A DNA stretch of 26,800 bases from Neisseria sp. GT4A_CT1 (GCF_000227275.1 NZ_JH164965.1:1-26800); one strand, 5' to 3'; shown: positions 6,323-15,875, numbered from the stretch's first letter. Numbers and translations: made by a program. Notes: generated from the sequence alone by a model not told the origin.

Positions 6323-7270
6323 ATGTACTACCTAGGGATAGACGTATCAAAGAAAACCATAGACTGCTGTCTGATTTCAGACAGCATTTTTTATGAACGG
6401 AGGTTTGACAACACAGAGGACGGATTCAGACGTTTGGACGACTGGATACAGGAGTACACCGCAGAAGCGGTGCATTGCTGTTGTGAAGCGACAGGAATCT
6501 ACCATGAAGCCATAGCCGCCCACTTAAGACAGAAAAACATTGTAAGCATAGTCAATCCAAGCAAGATAAAAGGCTTCAGAGAAGCCGAACAGACACGAAC
6601 TAAGACCGACCGACAGGACGCGAGGCTGATAGCCGAATACTGCCGACGAATGCAGCCACAAGCATGGCAGCCGCCGACAGAAGAGCAAGAATTCCTCCAA
6701 GCCATCACAGACTATATAGCCCGCCTTAAGCAGCAGAGAGCCGCAGAGCAGACCAAACACCAAACCGCACCCGATACTATCCGCCATCACATACAGACCA
6801 CCATAGACCATCTGAACAGGCTTATAGCAACCGTACAAAACGAACTCAAAGACTTCTACCGCCAAAACCCCGCTTACAACGAAAAAAAGAACCGCCTAAA
6901 AACCATAGACGGTATAGGAGAATCCGCCGCTTCCGCCCTGCTCGCCAAACTCACACGCTACGACTTTGCCAATCAAAACCAATTTGCCGCATACCTCGGT
7001 TTAGATCCAAAAATCAAAGATTCGGGAACAAGCGTCAAAGGAAAGCCCAGAATATCCAAACAGGGGCAAAAGAACGCCCGCAAAGCCCTGTATATGCCCG
7101 CACTTGTAGCCTACCGTATGAACGCATTTCCAGCCTTTACAGCCCGTCTCAAAGCGAGGGGGAAGCCCCCGAAGCTGATAATAGTCGCCATCATGCGCAA
7201 AATGGCGGTTATTGCCTACCAACTGTATAAAACAGGTAAAGATTACGACCGTTCCCGATACCGAAATTAG
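6323..7270 (+). CDS. IS110-family (Piv/MooV, DEDD) transposase / recombinase; probable phage integrase
   Basis: The N-terminus YYLGIDVSKK is the DEDD RuvC-like opening. The C-terminal module IDGIGESAASALLAKL....YLGLDPKIKDSGTSVKGKPRISKQGQKNARKALYMPALVA matches the IS110 transposase_20 pattern. RBS TAAGG lies upstream. It occupies the same terminal position as pivNM/irg in Nf prophages. Confidence 0.85.
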   Translation: MYYLGIDVSKKTIDCCLISDSIFYERRFDNTEDGFRRLDDWIQEYTAEAVHCCCEATGIYHEAIAAHLRQKNIVSIVNPSKIKGFREAEQTRTKTDRQDARLIAEYCRRMQPQAWQPPTEEQEFLQAITDYIARLKQQRAAEQTKHQTAPDTIRHHIQTTIDHLNRLIATVQNELKDFYRQNPAYNEKKNRLKTIDGIGESAASALLAKLTRYDFANQNQFAAYLGLDPKIKDSGTSVKGKPRISKQGQKNARKALYMPALVAYRMNAFPAFTARLKARGKPPKLIIVAIMRKMAVIAYQLYKTGKDYDRSRYRN

Positions 7271-7287
7271 ACAGCGGCATGAAAAAA

Positions 7288-7307
7288 CGCCCCGAAAAAT
7301 CGGGGCG
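7288..7307. terminator. GC hairpin CGCCCCG-aaaaat-CGGGGCG just after the recombinase gene
   Basis: A 7-bp GC stem. The A-run precedes it on the plus strand, so the U-tract exists only for minus-strand transcripts. It may insulate the prophage from leftward read-through. Confidence 0.4.
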
Positions 7308-7517
7308 CAGACCTTGTGTATCTTTAAGATATGTAAATGTTGTTGACGGTGGAATACACTATCTTTTTCATAAGTCGGCTTTCCTTAAATTTTTAAGGGG
7401 TGAAAAATAGGCATTTTCTATTTCAAATTATTATCAATTTTCAAAACGACAATATCGTTTTTTAAAAAATGAATTCGCTTTTACTTCATATCCTTAACAG
7501 AATTAATCCAAGAAGGC

Positions 7518-7546
7518 TTGACCTAATGATTTAATATGGCTATGGT
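7518..7546 (+). promoter_or_regulatory. Candidate sigma70 promoter for cah
   Basis: TTGACC (7518-7523), a 17-nt spacer, then TATGGT (7541-7546), about 75 nt upstream of the ATG at 7622 in an AT-rich spacer. Confidence 0.3.
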
Positions 7547-7621
7547 TAAATAAAAAATAACAATAATCTACATACGCACCGCAATGTTTTTTCCCCTCCT
7601 CCTCACAGAAAGGATATTGCA

Positions 7622-8380
7622 ATGCCCTGCTTGACCCGTACGTTGCCTCGTCTGACTGTTTTCCTGCTGTCCACCTTCGCAGCATTCTCCGCCGCCGCAC
7701 ACGGAAACCACACCCATTGGGGTTACACCGGACACGACTCCCCCGAAAGCTGGGGCAATCTGTCTGAAGAGTTCCGTTTGTGTTCCACAGGCAAAAACCA
7801 ATCCCCCGTCAACATCACCGAAACCGTCTCCGGCAAACTGCCTGCCATCAAAGTCAATTACAAACCGAGCACGGTTAACGTGGAAAACAACGGCCATACC
7901 ATCCAGGTCAACTACCCCGAAGGCGGCAACACCCTGACCGTGAACGGCCGCACCTACACCCTGAAACAATTCCATTTCCACGTCCCCAGTGAAAACCAAA
8001 TCAAAGGCCGCACCTTCCCGATGGAAGCCCACTTCGTCCACCTAGACGAAAACAAACAGCCTTTGGTATTGGCAGTATTGTACGAAGCCGGCAAAACCAA
8101 CGACCGCCTCGCGCCTATATGGAACGTGATGCCGATGAAAGAAGGAAAGGTAAACCTCGACAAAGCCTTCGACGCCGGCACCCTGCTGCCGAAACGGCTG
8201 AATTACTACCGCTTTGCCGGTTCGCTGACCACACCACCATGCAGCGAAGGCGTATCGTGGCTGGTATTGAAAACCTACGATCACATCGATCAGGCGCAGG
8301 CAGAAAAATTCACCCGCGCCATCGGCTCGCACAACAGCCGCCCCGTCCAGCCGCTTAACGCGCGCGTTGTCATTGAATAA
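7622..8380 (+). CDS. cah: Periplasmic alpha-class carbonic anhydrase
   Basis: It has a signal peptide. HGNHTHWGYTGHDSPESWGNL and SPVNI are present. The zinc ligands lie in QFHFHVPSEN...MEAHFVH, and SLTTPPCSEGVSWLV is also present. As far as I recall it closely resembles the N. gonorrhoeae enzyme. Confidence 0.9.
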   Translation: MPCLTRTLPRLTVFLLSTFAAFSAAAHGNHTHWGYTGHDSPESWGNLSEEFRLCSTGKNQSPVNITETVSGKLPAIKVNYKPSTVNVENNGHTIQVNYPEGGNTLTVNGRTYTLKQFHFHVPSENQIKGRTFPMEAHFVHLDENKQPLVLAVLYEAGKTNDRLAPIWNVMPMKEGKVNLDKAFDAGTLLPKRLNYYRFAGSLTTPPCSEGVSWLVLKTYDHIDQAQAEKFTRAIGSHNSRPVQPLNARVVIE

Positions 8381-8398
8381 ACGGTAAAGCCGTAAATG

Positions 8399-8443
8399 AA
8401 AAGGTCGTCTGAAAACCAAATTTAGGTTTCAGACGACCTTTTT
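8399..8443. terminator. Inverted DUS pair forming a bidirectional terminator between convergent genes
   Basis: AAAAGGTCGTCTGAAAACC ... GGTTTCAGACGACCTTTTT. Exact DUS copies are at 8402-8413 and 8428-8439. Confidence 0.75.
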
Positions 8444-8511
8444 ACATGATGGTCTAAGGTTTCAGAACACCGAGTCCGGCGTATATCCGAAGGAAGAATC
8501 GCAATGCAGCA

Positions 8512-8727
8512 TCAATCATCAGGATGAAACCTTGCTGCTTCGCGTTCTTTCATAGCAGTTTCCTTATCCTTCAATTTTGCCCCCAAACCCAAGCGTTTTT
8601 CATATTCCGATTGCGGCGTGCCGTCCTCCTGCATACCAAATGCGCTGGCATTTACCCAAAGCGCAAGGACGGCAACTACGAAAGCAAAAAATCCTACGAT
8701 ATACCAAAACATTTCTTTTCCTATCAT
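8512..8727 (-). CDS. Small membrane protein, hypothetical (71 aa, or 66 aa from ATG 8712)
   Basis: It has one TM helix FWYIVGFFAFVVAVLALWV followed by a charged tail. The second ATG (8712) has the better RBS (AGGAAAAG). Confidence 0.45.
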   Translation of the reverse strand: MIGKEMFWYIVGFFAFVVAVLALWVNASAFGMQEDGTPQSEYEKRLGLGAKLKDKETAMKEREAARFHPDD

Positions 8728-8925
8728 GGGTCAACAAACGGGAAGAAGACAGATTTCCCGTTTGACCGGCAGCTTGCTGCGGTTTGTGAAGGCAAAAATG
8801 TATCACAAATCCGGTCCGGTATAAATTGCCGATTTGCCCTGCGATACTTCGTGCAAACCTTATCTCAATCTAATGCTTTTACCAATCAGACGGTTATACA
8901 AACAAAAGCCGGTCTTTCCGCTCAA

Positions 8926-8964
8926 AGGTCGTCTGAAAACCCATATCTGCATTTCAGACGACCT
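8926..8964. terminator. Inverted DUS pair hairpin downstream of the MFS transporter gene
   Basis: AGGTCGTCTGAAA (8926-8938) pairs with TTTCAGACGACCT (8952-8964). Confidence 0.6.
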
Positions 8965-8983
8965 AACGTCGGCATTTGAAATC

Positions 8984-10525
8984 CTAACGGAACAAATCCA
9001 ATGCCTTGACGAACACCATCACCACGCCGTAAGCCAGCGGGACGCCGACCAACGTCCAACGCCACCAAACCGAAAAACCGCCTGCCGCAACTTTTTCCTG
9101 CAGCAAGTAGGCATCAGAAACGGCGGTTTCATCATCGGGATTGCCGCTGTGTGCCGCTGTTTTGATGTCGGTTTCATGGTGTTTTTCATGAACCGATCTG
9201 ACGGCAAGGTTGCACAGCAATCCGACAATCAACAATCCCGCCATGATGTACATGGTAACGCCGTATGCCTGCGCAGCGGGAACACCGCTGTCGATTTGGC
9301 TTTGGCGGATGTAGTTCACCAAAACCGGACCGATCACGGCAGCAGTTGACCACGCCAGCAAAATACGTCCGTGAATCGCGCCGACCTGATAAGTACCGAA
9401 CAAGTCTTTCAAATAAGCCGGAATCGCGGCAAAACCGCCGCCATACATGGAAATGATGACGCAGAATCCAATAATAAACAAAGCCTTGTTTCCACTTTCG
9501 CCAATGGACGGAACGGCAAAATACAGCAGCGAACCGAGTACGAAAAAGATGGTGTAGGTATTTTTACGTCCGAGTTTGTCGGAAACGCTGGACCATAAAA
9601 ACCGCCCGCCCATATTGAACAGGCTCAAAAGGCTGACGAAACCTGCCGCCGCCCCAGCGCCGATTGCCGCTTGTTTGCCGACCGACGCCTCTGAAAACAG
9701 CTCCTGAATCATGACCGAAGCCTGCCCCAAAACGCCGATACCAGCAGTCACGTTCAGGCACAACACCCAAAACAACAGCCAAAATTGCGGCGTTTTCATC
9801 GCTTGGGAAACATTGACATGATTGCTGCTGACCAGCTTGTTTTTCACTTTCGGCGCGACATAGCCTTCAGGTTTCCAACCCTCCGCCGGCACGCGGATGG
9901 TGAATGCGCCGAACATCATCAACACAAGGTAAAACAGCCCCAGAACGACAAAAGTCGGTGCGACGCCGACCGACACGTCGTCTGAAAACGCATTCATCAA
10001 CGATACGGACAACGGCGAGGCAAGCATCGCACCGCCACCGAACCCCATAATCGCCAAACCCGTCGCCATGCCCGGCTTGTCCGGAAACCACTTCATCAAA
10101 GTGGACACCGGGCCGATATAGCCCAGTCCCAAGCCGATGCCGCCGATCACGCCGTTGCCCAAATACAGAAGAAACAGATTATGCGTAGTGACGCCGAGTG
10201 CCGACACAAAAAATCCCAAGCTAAAACAGCACGCTGCGACAAACATCGCCTTGCGCGGTCCGACACGCTCCATCCAAGTGCCGAACAAAGCAGCAGACGC
10301 GCCCAACATAGCCAGCGCGATACTGAAAATCCAGCCCACAGTCGTCAGCTTCCAATCTCCGGCAGCCGATTCGGTAATGCCGATAAGCTTGGTCAGCGGC
10401 GCGTTAAACACGGAATACGCATAAATCTGCCCGATGGCAAGATGCACCGCCAAAGCGGCAGGCGGCACCAGCCAACGGTTGAAACCCGGCTTGGCAATCG
10501 TCGCCTCACGGTCTAAAAATTTCAT
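8984..10525 (-). CDS. OFA-family (oxalate/formate antiporter-like) MFS transporter, 513 aa, with a C-terminal extra-TM extension
   Basis: The ATG at 10525 has RBS AAGAGG; the track start at 10603 is an unlikely upstream extension. It has about 12 TM helices with MFS-like loops (MERVGPRKA, SDKLGRKNT). The N-terminus KPGFNRWLVPPAALAVHLAIGQIYAYSVFN is typical of OFA members as far as I recall. Confidence 0.75.
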   Translation of the reverse strand: MKFLDREATIAKPGFNRWLVPPAALAVHLAIGQIYAYSVFNAPLTKLIGITESAAGDWKLTTVGWIFSIALAMLGASAALFGTWMERVGPRKAMFVAACCFSLGFFVSALGVTTHNLFLLYLGNGVIGGIGLGLGYIGPVSTLMKWFPDKPGMATGLAIMGFGGGAMLASPLSVSLMNAFSDDVSVGVAPTFVVLGLFYLVLMMFGAFTIRVPAEGWKPEGYVAPKVKNKLVSSNHVNVSQAMKTPQFWLLFWVLCLNVTAGIGVLGQASVMIQELFSEASVGKQAAIGAGAAAGFVSLLSLFNMGGRFLWSSVSDKLGRKNTYTIFFVLGSLLYFAVPSIGESGNKALFIIGFCVIISMYGGGFAAIPAYLKDLFGTYQVGAIHGRILLAWSTAAVIGPVLVNYIRQSQIDSGVPAAQAYGVTMYIMAGLLIVGLLCNLAVRSVHEKHHETDIKTAAHSGNPDDETAVSDAYLLQEKVAAGGFSVWWRWTLVGVPLAYGVVMVFVKALDLFR

Positions 10526-10718
10526 AAAAGCCTCTTGATGTCGAATGAAAAACAGCGTTCTCCGCGAGGAAAACGCCTTAAATTGTTGACAATATTGTAC
10601 CACGCTTCCGCATGGGCTTTACTCCGCTTAACATGAGTTTTTTGAGTAAGAAAGAGAAAAATCATTCATAAATGACGATATTTGAAGATGGTTTGATAAT
10701 ATCCGTATCTCAGATAAA

Positions 10719-10750
10719 AGGTCGTCTGAAAATTGGTTTTCAGACGACCT
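10719..10750. terminator. Inverted DUS pair hairpin bounding the AT-rich islet
   Basis: AGGTCGTCTGAAAA-ttgg-TTTTCAGACGACCT, a perfect 14-bp stem. Confidence 0.65.
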
Positions 10751-10807
10751 AAAGAGTTTGAAAATGTATTCAAGCCTTATTACTTCTCAATATATTTTTC
10801 TATATCT

Positions 10808-11128
10808 CTACATTGTTCTTGCGTGCAGGAAACTGAAAAAAAGCACTTTTCCACTTGTGGTACTTTGTGCAGAAAAGATGCTCTTTTCGTAATGAAATTT
10901 TATTTTATCCAATGGAATCAGCCCCTTTCCATTTTCTTTTCCGCAAAGCAGTTTATATTGCAGATTGGTTTTGCTTATATCGATATTTCCGCACACTTTT
11001 GTAGTATTGTTTTTAGATATGGATATTTTTAACCATTCATATTGCGAGTCGTAATAATAGTTTGAAATATAAGGCAAACTAGATGATGATACTGCTAGAG
11101 ATATAACATAGTTAAAAAAAGTTTCCAT
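10808..11128 (-). CDS. Hypothetical small protein, 106 aa, signal-like N-terminus; AT-rich islet gene
   Basis: An ATG-started ORF in strongly AT-rich DNA. It has a hydrophobic N-terminus FFNYVISLAVSSSS and two Cys. The RBS is weak, and I recognised no family. Confidence 0.35.
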   Translation of the reverse strand: METFFNYVISLAVSSSSLPYISNYYYDSQYEWLKISISKNNTTKVCGNIDISKTNLQYKLLCGKENGKGLIPLDKIKFHYEKSIFSAQSTTSGKVLFFSFLHARTM

Positions 11129-11188
11129 AACTTACTCACTGTTTGTTTTTTTTTAATTTCAAGTAGAGGGCGATTTTGGAGTATAGCC

Positions 11189-11638
11189 TTATATTCCCTC
11201 TTCCCATGAAATAGAAAATTTAGAAATTTTTACCCCATTCAAATCAAATGAAAAGACGATAGAAACGCCACCTTCGGTTTTTATTTCACACTCATGTTCC
11301 CACTCGTCTCTAGATACAAACTGCCATCCAATATCAGTAAGAAACAAATATTTTATCAATTTCTCAATAGTTAATTTTCTATTAATTTTATATTGCTTTG
11401 CAATGGTAACGCCTTTAAAACAAGGGTCTATTGACAATGAATAAACGATATCATCCGTAATACCAACTTCCAATCCTTTCCAAAAAACGGAAAAACCACC
11501 TTCTACGTTACCTTCGTCGTATAACCATTTAGTCAGCTTTTTAAACCGTTTATGTTTGTGAAAGTCACTATACGACATACCAACAAATAAACCTTTAAAT
11601 CTACCCGTTTTTAAGAAAGATGTTATATCCATCATCAT
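11189..11638 (-). CDS. Hypothetical protein, 149 aa; possible orphan immunity-type protein; AT-rich islet gene
   Basis: A clean ORF with ATGATGATG start and AAGG upstream, giving a small, acidic, cytoplasmic-looking protein. Sampled lines are about 17-35% G+C, against more than 50% in the flanks. The function is a guess. Confidence 0.45.
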   Translation of the reverse strand: MMMDITSFLKTGRFKGLFVGMSYSDFHKHKRFKKLTKWLYDEGNVEGGFSVFWKGLEVGITDDIVYSLSIDPCFKGVTIAKQYKINRKLTIEKLIKYLFLTDIGWQFVSRDEWEHECEIKTEGGVSIVFSFDLNGVKISKFSISWEEGI

Positions 11639-11708
11639 GACCTTATGACCTCATTACGGTCTATAACTTGAAATATCAATTCCCCATGTACTACCGACCT
11701 TTTACTGT

Positions 11709-12389
11709 TCACCAAATTTTATTGCTGGATTTCAAATATCGGTTGTCGTCAAAAGTATTAATCCATTGCGGTCTGAGTGCGATAAAAATGGCGGTAGTGA
11801 TGCCACTGAGAAAAGCTTCCGCCCAGGCGATCAGGATGAAAATAGGAAAGGCGGTGGTCCAAAGTACGGGGGTTGGGAAGGCATGGCTGATATCCAAAAC
11901 GCTGACCAGTACCAGTCCGGTTAGCATCATGCCTACGGCGGACGCAATGAAGCCGTTGACAAAAATGAAGATAAAAATATTCGCGGGAAGACGGTTGACC
12001 AAGCGGCAAGAGAGCTGATTAACAATGAGCGGCGGTAAGAGCAAGGCGAGGGCGTTGACGGGATAGGCGTATCCGTCGCCGCCGTTGAACAATAAAAGAT
12101 AAGGAAGAAGCAAAACCGAACCCAGCCATAATGCAGCGGGTGCGCCAATCATCAGGGCAACCAAATTCATGGCAAGCAGGTGGTAGCTCATTTGCGCGAG
12201 CTGCCCTTCGTCAGTCATTGCATTCAGGCACCATGCGGTCGTCAGTATCAGGGCGGAGAGGATGGAGGCGGAATGGTGCTTCTGCATGGATTGCCATGCC
12301 GGACGCGCGCAAGCGAGAAGCAGAATGGACAACAGCAGCCAAGCGGCGATTAAAATCGAACTGGAAAACCATGCGGCTTGAAAATTCAT
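11709..12389 (-). CDS. Integral membrane protein (about 6 TM helices), function not assignable from sequence alone
   Basis: A 226-aa hydrophobic ORF with normal Neisseria composition. There is no obvious RBS at the ATG at 12389. Confidence 0.6.
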   Translation of the reverse strand: MNFQAAWFSSSILIAAWLLLSILLLACARPAWQSMQKHHSASILSALILTTAWCLNAMTDEGQLAQMSYHLLAMNLVALMIGAPAALWLGSVLLLPYLLLFNGGDGYAYPVNALALLLPPLIVNQLSCRLVNRLPANIFIFIFVNGFIASAVGMMLTGLVLVSVLDISHAFPTPVLWTTAFPIFILIAWAEAFLSGITTAIFIALRPQWINTFDDNRYLKSSNKIW

Positions 12390-12527
12390 ACGAAACCAGA
12401 CCGAGGGTAAATATTCAGACGACCTGCATTATACCCCGCAGACGAAATTCGCTGCGGACTTGTTTTGTTTAGTGCTGAAACACGCTAAAATAACGACCTT
12501 TGCCGTTTATTTCAAGGGAAACAGCGA

Positions 12528-15500
12528 ATGTTTTGGACAGTGCTGATTATCATTTTATTGTGTGCCATTTGCGGCGTATTTTGGCTGCACAGAAAACAAG
12601 AACGTGAATGGCAGCACGAATTGGCGCGCTTAGAGCGCGGCATGCAAGAGGGCAAATATATTCCTAACGGTCAGGATGCTGATTCTCCACATCAATTTTC
12701 AGAAGATGCCAAAGCGGCATACGGAAAAACCATCGCACGCCTGCGCCTGATGGCGGCGCGTTACACTCCGCAGCAGGAGCAATTATCCGAGCAACCGGCA
12801 AACACTGAAAACGAAGAATCTGAAACCGGTATGGAAGACATAGCGGATTTCTTCGAAAGCCAAGAAGCAAAACACGAATATCATCAAGATGCCGATATTG
12901 AAAGGTCGTCTGAAAATCCGTCGGCAGAACAAGTCCCCCAAGCCGAGCCGCCTCAACAACACGCAGCCGAAAGGAAAGATACGCCGTATATCGTTCCTTT
13001 TGTCGAAACCGAAGAGCCTGAATATATTCCCCGTATCGTTAAAGACGAAGGCTTTGAAGAAATCACTTTGGAAGAGGCAACCCGTTCGCTCAATGAAGCG
13101 GCGTTACAGGAATGGGAAGAGCAGCAGACCGTCAGCCATCCTGCAGGCGACCGGAATAACGATGACGGGGAAATCCAACCCATCCGCGCATCGGTAACAC
13201 CGATGAAAGGTTTGCAGATTATCGATTTCAACGATCCCGTACTGCGCCGGACCCGCGAGCGCGTCATGGCGGGCGTCAATGGCATCCAAATCCCCAAAGC
13301 CAGTGCTCCGCATATCGAAACCGTGCAAACCGCATTGCGCACAGCCGAGCGCGAAGCCATTTTGCCTGTCGTTGACAATCTGGATAGCCGTGCAGAGATT
13401 GATGTGACGGATATTCGGAACACATTGGCTCGAAGTACGGCAGCACGCCAGCGCCTTGCCGCCGCTGTTGCGCCTGTGCGCGATTTCCAGCCGCAAATCA
13501 TTCAAAACGACGAAATTTTGGCAAACCTGATTCCTGCAAGCCGCCGACGGACGGTTCGCCATGCTGAAGCGGCGGCGGAAAAACTGGCGCGCAAGCAGCA
13601 ATCTGCTGCCGCGCAGGTGAAATTGTCGGAAGAAGCCGATCAGCGGCCTGAGCAAACGGTTGAGCGTTCCGTCACACGCAAACCGCTGTTCCCGCCTAAA
13701 ACGCTTCGCACCGAACCTGTCGCTCCGTCAAAAGAAAAAGCAGTCTATATTTCAAGACAGCCCGCACCTACCGCAACCGTAGTCGAGCCGCCCGAAGTAC
13801 CGACCGTTACTCCGACGCCAATCGATATCCCGACGCCGCCAAGCTTTACGCCGCCAGCTGTTGCACCTGAAATCGTCGATCCTCCGGTAGCGCGCCCCGC
13901 TTGGGAAATCCCTGCTTTCCATTCTGAAGTCAATGCGCATGTCAGCGATAATCCTGTCCGCTCGATTCATGATTACTTAATCAGTGAATCCGAAACGGAG
14001 GATGAAGTCGCAGGCGGAAATGTACAGAGAAATGCTGAAACCGAATCCGCCCATACGGAAGATACGGAAATTTCTGCCTTTGAACATCATCAGCCGATAC
14101 ATCATGCCGATCTTGCGACGGGTTATGCCGCCGATGATGCTGATGCAGATTCAGAAGAAGAGACCGGGGCGTTTTACAAGTTTTCAGACGACCTGAAGTA
14201 CCCATTACCAACCACAGACTTGCTCCTTCCGCCCCAATTCGACCCGGCTGCCACGCAGACCGAAGAAGAATTGTTAAACAACAGCATCACTATCGAGGAA
14301 AAGCTGGCGGAATTTAAGGTTAAAGTCAAAGTCGTGGATTCCTATTCCGGTCCGGTGATTACGCGTTACGAAATCGAACCTGATGTCGGCGTGCGCGGCA
14401 ATTCGGTCATAAACCTTGAAAAAGACCTCGCCCGCTCGCTCGGTGTTGCCTCTATCCGCGTCGTCGAAACCATACCCGGCAAAACCTGCATGGGCTTGGA
14501 GCTGCCGAACCCGAAACGCCAAATGATACGCCTGAGCGAAATCTTCAATTCGCCCGCGTTTGCCGAATCCAAATCCAAGCTGACGCTCGCGCTCGGTCAG
14601 GACATTACCGGTCAGCCCGTCGTTACCGACTTGGGCAAAGCACCGCATTTGCTGGTTGCCGGTACGACCGGTTCGGGCAAATCGGTCGGCGTTAACGCCA
14701 TGATCCTGTCCATGCTTTTCAAGGCGACGCCTGAAGACGTGCGCATGATTATGATTGACCCGAAAATGCTGGAATTGAGCATTTACGAAGGCATTCCGCA
14801 CCTGCTCGCGCCTGTCGTTACCGATATGAAGCTGGCGGCCAATGCGCTCAACTGGTGCGTCAACGAAATGGAAAAACGCTATCGTTTGATGAGCCATGTG
14901 GGCGTTCGCAACCTTGCGGGCTTCAATCAAAAAATCATGGAAGCTGCCGCACAAGGCATGAAAATTGCCAACCCGTTCAGCCTGACGCCCGACGATCCCG
15001 AACCTTTGGAAAAACTGCCGTTTATCGTAGTCGTGGTTGACGAGTTCGCCGATTTGATGATGACCGCAGGCAAGAAAATCGAAGAACTGATTGCCCGCCT
15101 TGCCCAAAAAGCCCGCGCAGCAGGCATCCATTTAATCCTTGCCACGCAACGCCCCAGCGTCGATGTCATCACAGGTCTGATTAAAGCCAACATCCCGACA
15201 CGCATCGCTTTCCAAGTGTCCAGCAAAATCGACAGCCGTACGATTCTTGACCAAATGGGCGCGGAAAACCTGCTCGGACAAGGCGATATGCTGTTCCTGC
15301 CGCCCGGTACAGGCTATCCGCAACGTGTTCACGGCGCATTCGCTTCAGACGACGAAGTACACCGCGTAGTCGAATATCTGAAACAATTCGGCGAGCCCGA
15401 TTACATCGACGATATTCTGATGAGCGGCACAACCGACGATCTGCCGGGCATCAGCCGCAGCAGCGACAGCGAAGTCGATCCGATGTATGACGAAGCAGTC

Positions 15501-15677
15501 TCTGTCGTTCTGAAAACGCGCAAAGCCAGCATTTCCGGCATCCAGCGTCAATTACGCATCGGCTACAACCGCGCCGCCCGCCTGATTGACCAAATGGAAG
15601 CAGACGGTATCGTTTCGCCTGCTGAAACCAACGGCAACCGTACCGTTTTGGCGCAAAGCAGCGAACATTTGGACTAA
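12528..15677 (+). CDS. ftsK: DNA translocase FtsK
   Basis: It has Walker A GTTGSGKS, Walker [12 protein letters not shown], and a gamma winged-helix [23 protein letters not shown]. There is a single N-terminal TM helix and a long acidic/Pro-rich linker. RBS AGGGA lies upstream. Confidence 0.92.
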   Translation: MFWTVLIIILLCAICGVFWLHRKQEREWQHELARLERGMQEGKYIPNGQDADSPHQFSEDAKAAYGKTIARLRLMAARYTPQQEQLSEQPANTENEESETGMEDIADFFESQEAKHEYHQDADIERSSENPSAEQVPQAEPPQQHAAERKDTPYIVPFVETEEPEYIPRIVKDEGFEEITLEEATRSLNEAALQEWEEQQTVSHPAGDRNNDDGEIQPIRASVTPMKGLQIIDFNDPVLRRTRERVMAGVNGIQIPKASAPHIETVQTALRTAEREAILPVVDNLDSRAEIDVTDIRNTLARSTAARQRLAAAVAPVRDFQPQIIQNDEILANLIPASRRRTVRHAEAAAEKLARKQQSAAAQVKLSEEADQRPEQTVERSVTRKPLFPPKTLRTEPVAPSKEKAVYISRQPAPTATVVEPPEVPTVTPTPIDIPTPPSFTPPAVAPEIVDPPVARPAWEIPAFHSEVNAHVSDNPVRSIHDYLISESETEDEVAGGNVQRNAETESAHTEDTEISAFEHHQPIHHADLATGYAADDADADSEEETGAFYKFSDDLKYPLPTTDLLLPPQFDPAATQTEEELLNNSITIEEKLAEFKVKVKVVDSYSGPVITRYEIEPDVGVRGNSVINLEKDLARSLGVASIRVVETIPGKTCMGLELPNPKRQMIRLSEIFNSPAFAESKSKLTLALGQDITGQPVVTDLGKAPHLLVAGTTGSGKSVGVNAMILSMLFKATPEDVRMIMIDPKMLELSIYEGIPHLLAPVVTDMKLAANALNWCVNEMEKRYRLMSHVGVRNLAGFNQKIMEAAAQGMKIANPFSLTPDDPEPLEKLPFIVVVVDEFADLMMTAGKKIEELIARLAQKARAAGIHLILATQRPSVDVITGLIKANIPTRIAFQVSSKIDSRTILDQMGAENLLGQGDMLFLPPGTGYPQRVHGAFASDDEVHRVVEYLKQFGEPDYIDDILMSGTTDDLPGISRSSDSEVDPMYDEAVSVVLKTRKASISGIQRQLRIGYNRAARLIDQMEADGIVSPAETNGNRTVLAQSSEHLD

Positions 15678-15762
15678 AGCCACACCAAAGTAGGAGAAAA
15701 GCCGATTGCCGTTGCAGTTTCCCCTGATTTTGGTACAATACCGCCATTCATTCTTACACAGA

Positions 15763-15800
15763 CAAGCCGCCGAGATTTAGGCGGCTTGTATTTTTATTTT
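15763..15800 (+). terminator. Rho-independent terminator of ftsK
   Basis: CAAGCCGCC-gagattta-GGCGGCTTG followed by TATTTTTATTTT. Confidence 0.8.
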
Positions 15801-15875
15801 CATTTTGCGGATTATATTTACCGCATTTTTTACTAGGCAAAAGCAGTCCAAACGCTTTTGCGGAGATGACAAACC

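Larger units (their letters stand above)
440..7340 (+). mobile_element. Nf/MDA-like filamentous (Inoviridae) prophage, about 6.9 kb; boundaries approximate
   Basis: An uninterrupted same-strand module runs Rep, ssb-like, major coat, small TM protein, pIII-like, pVI-like, Zot/pI, 52-aa TM ORF, structured non-coding region, IS110-family recombinase. Junctions are translationally coupled (2505/2515 overlap, ATGA at 4334-4337, TGATG at 5801-5805). There is no secretin gene and no exact DUS inside, in contrast to the flanks. Confidence 0.8.

Noticed and set aside
6287-7319. Inverted 11-12-mer flanking the recombinase gene: ACAAGGCTGCG (6287-6297) versus CGCAGACCTTGT (7308-7319)
   Set aside because: It matches 11 of 12 positions with one indel, so significance is borderline for the search space. 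IS110-family elements usually lack terminal inverted repeats. It is recorded as a possible boundary of a minimal IS unit but not claimed.
7341-7621. 280-bp AT-rich ORF-free spacer between the prophage and cah, containing a weak AAAACGA/TCGTTTT hairpin at about 7445-7465
   Set aside because: It probably holds only promoter/leader DNA for cah and a possible phage-end remnant. No RNA-gene-like structure or repeat array was seen.
8524-9349. Plus-strand ORFs 8524-8979, 8577-8765, 8618-8824 and 8834-9349
   Set aside because: They run antisense through the small membrane gene, through a DUS-pair terminator and into the MFS gene. None has an RBS or a motif.
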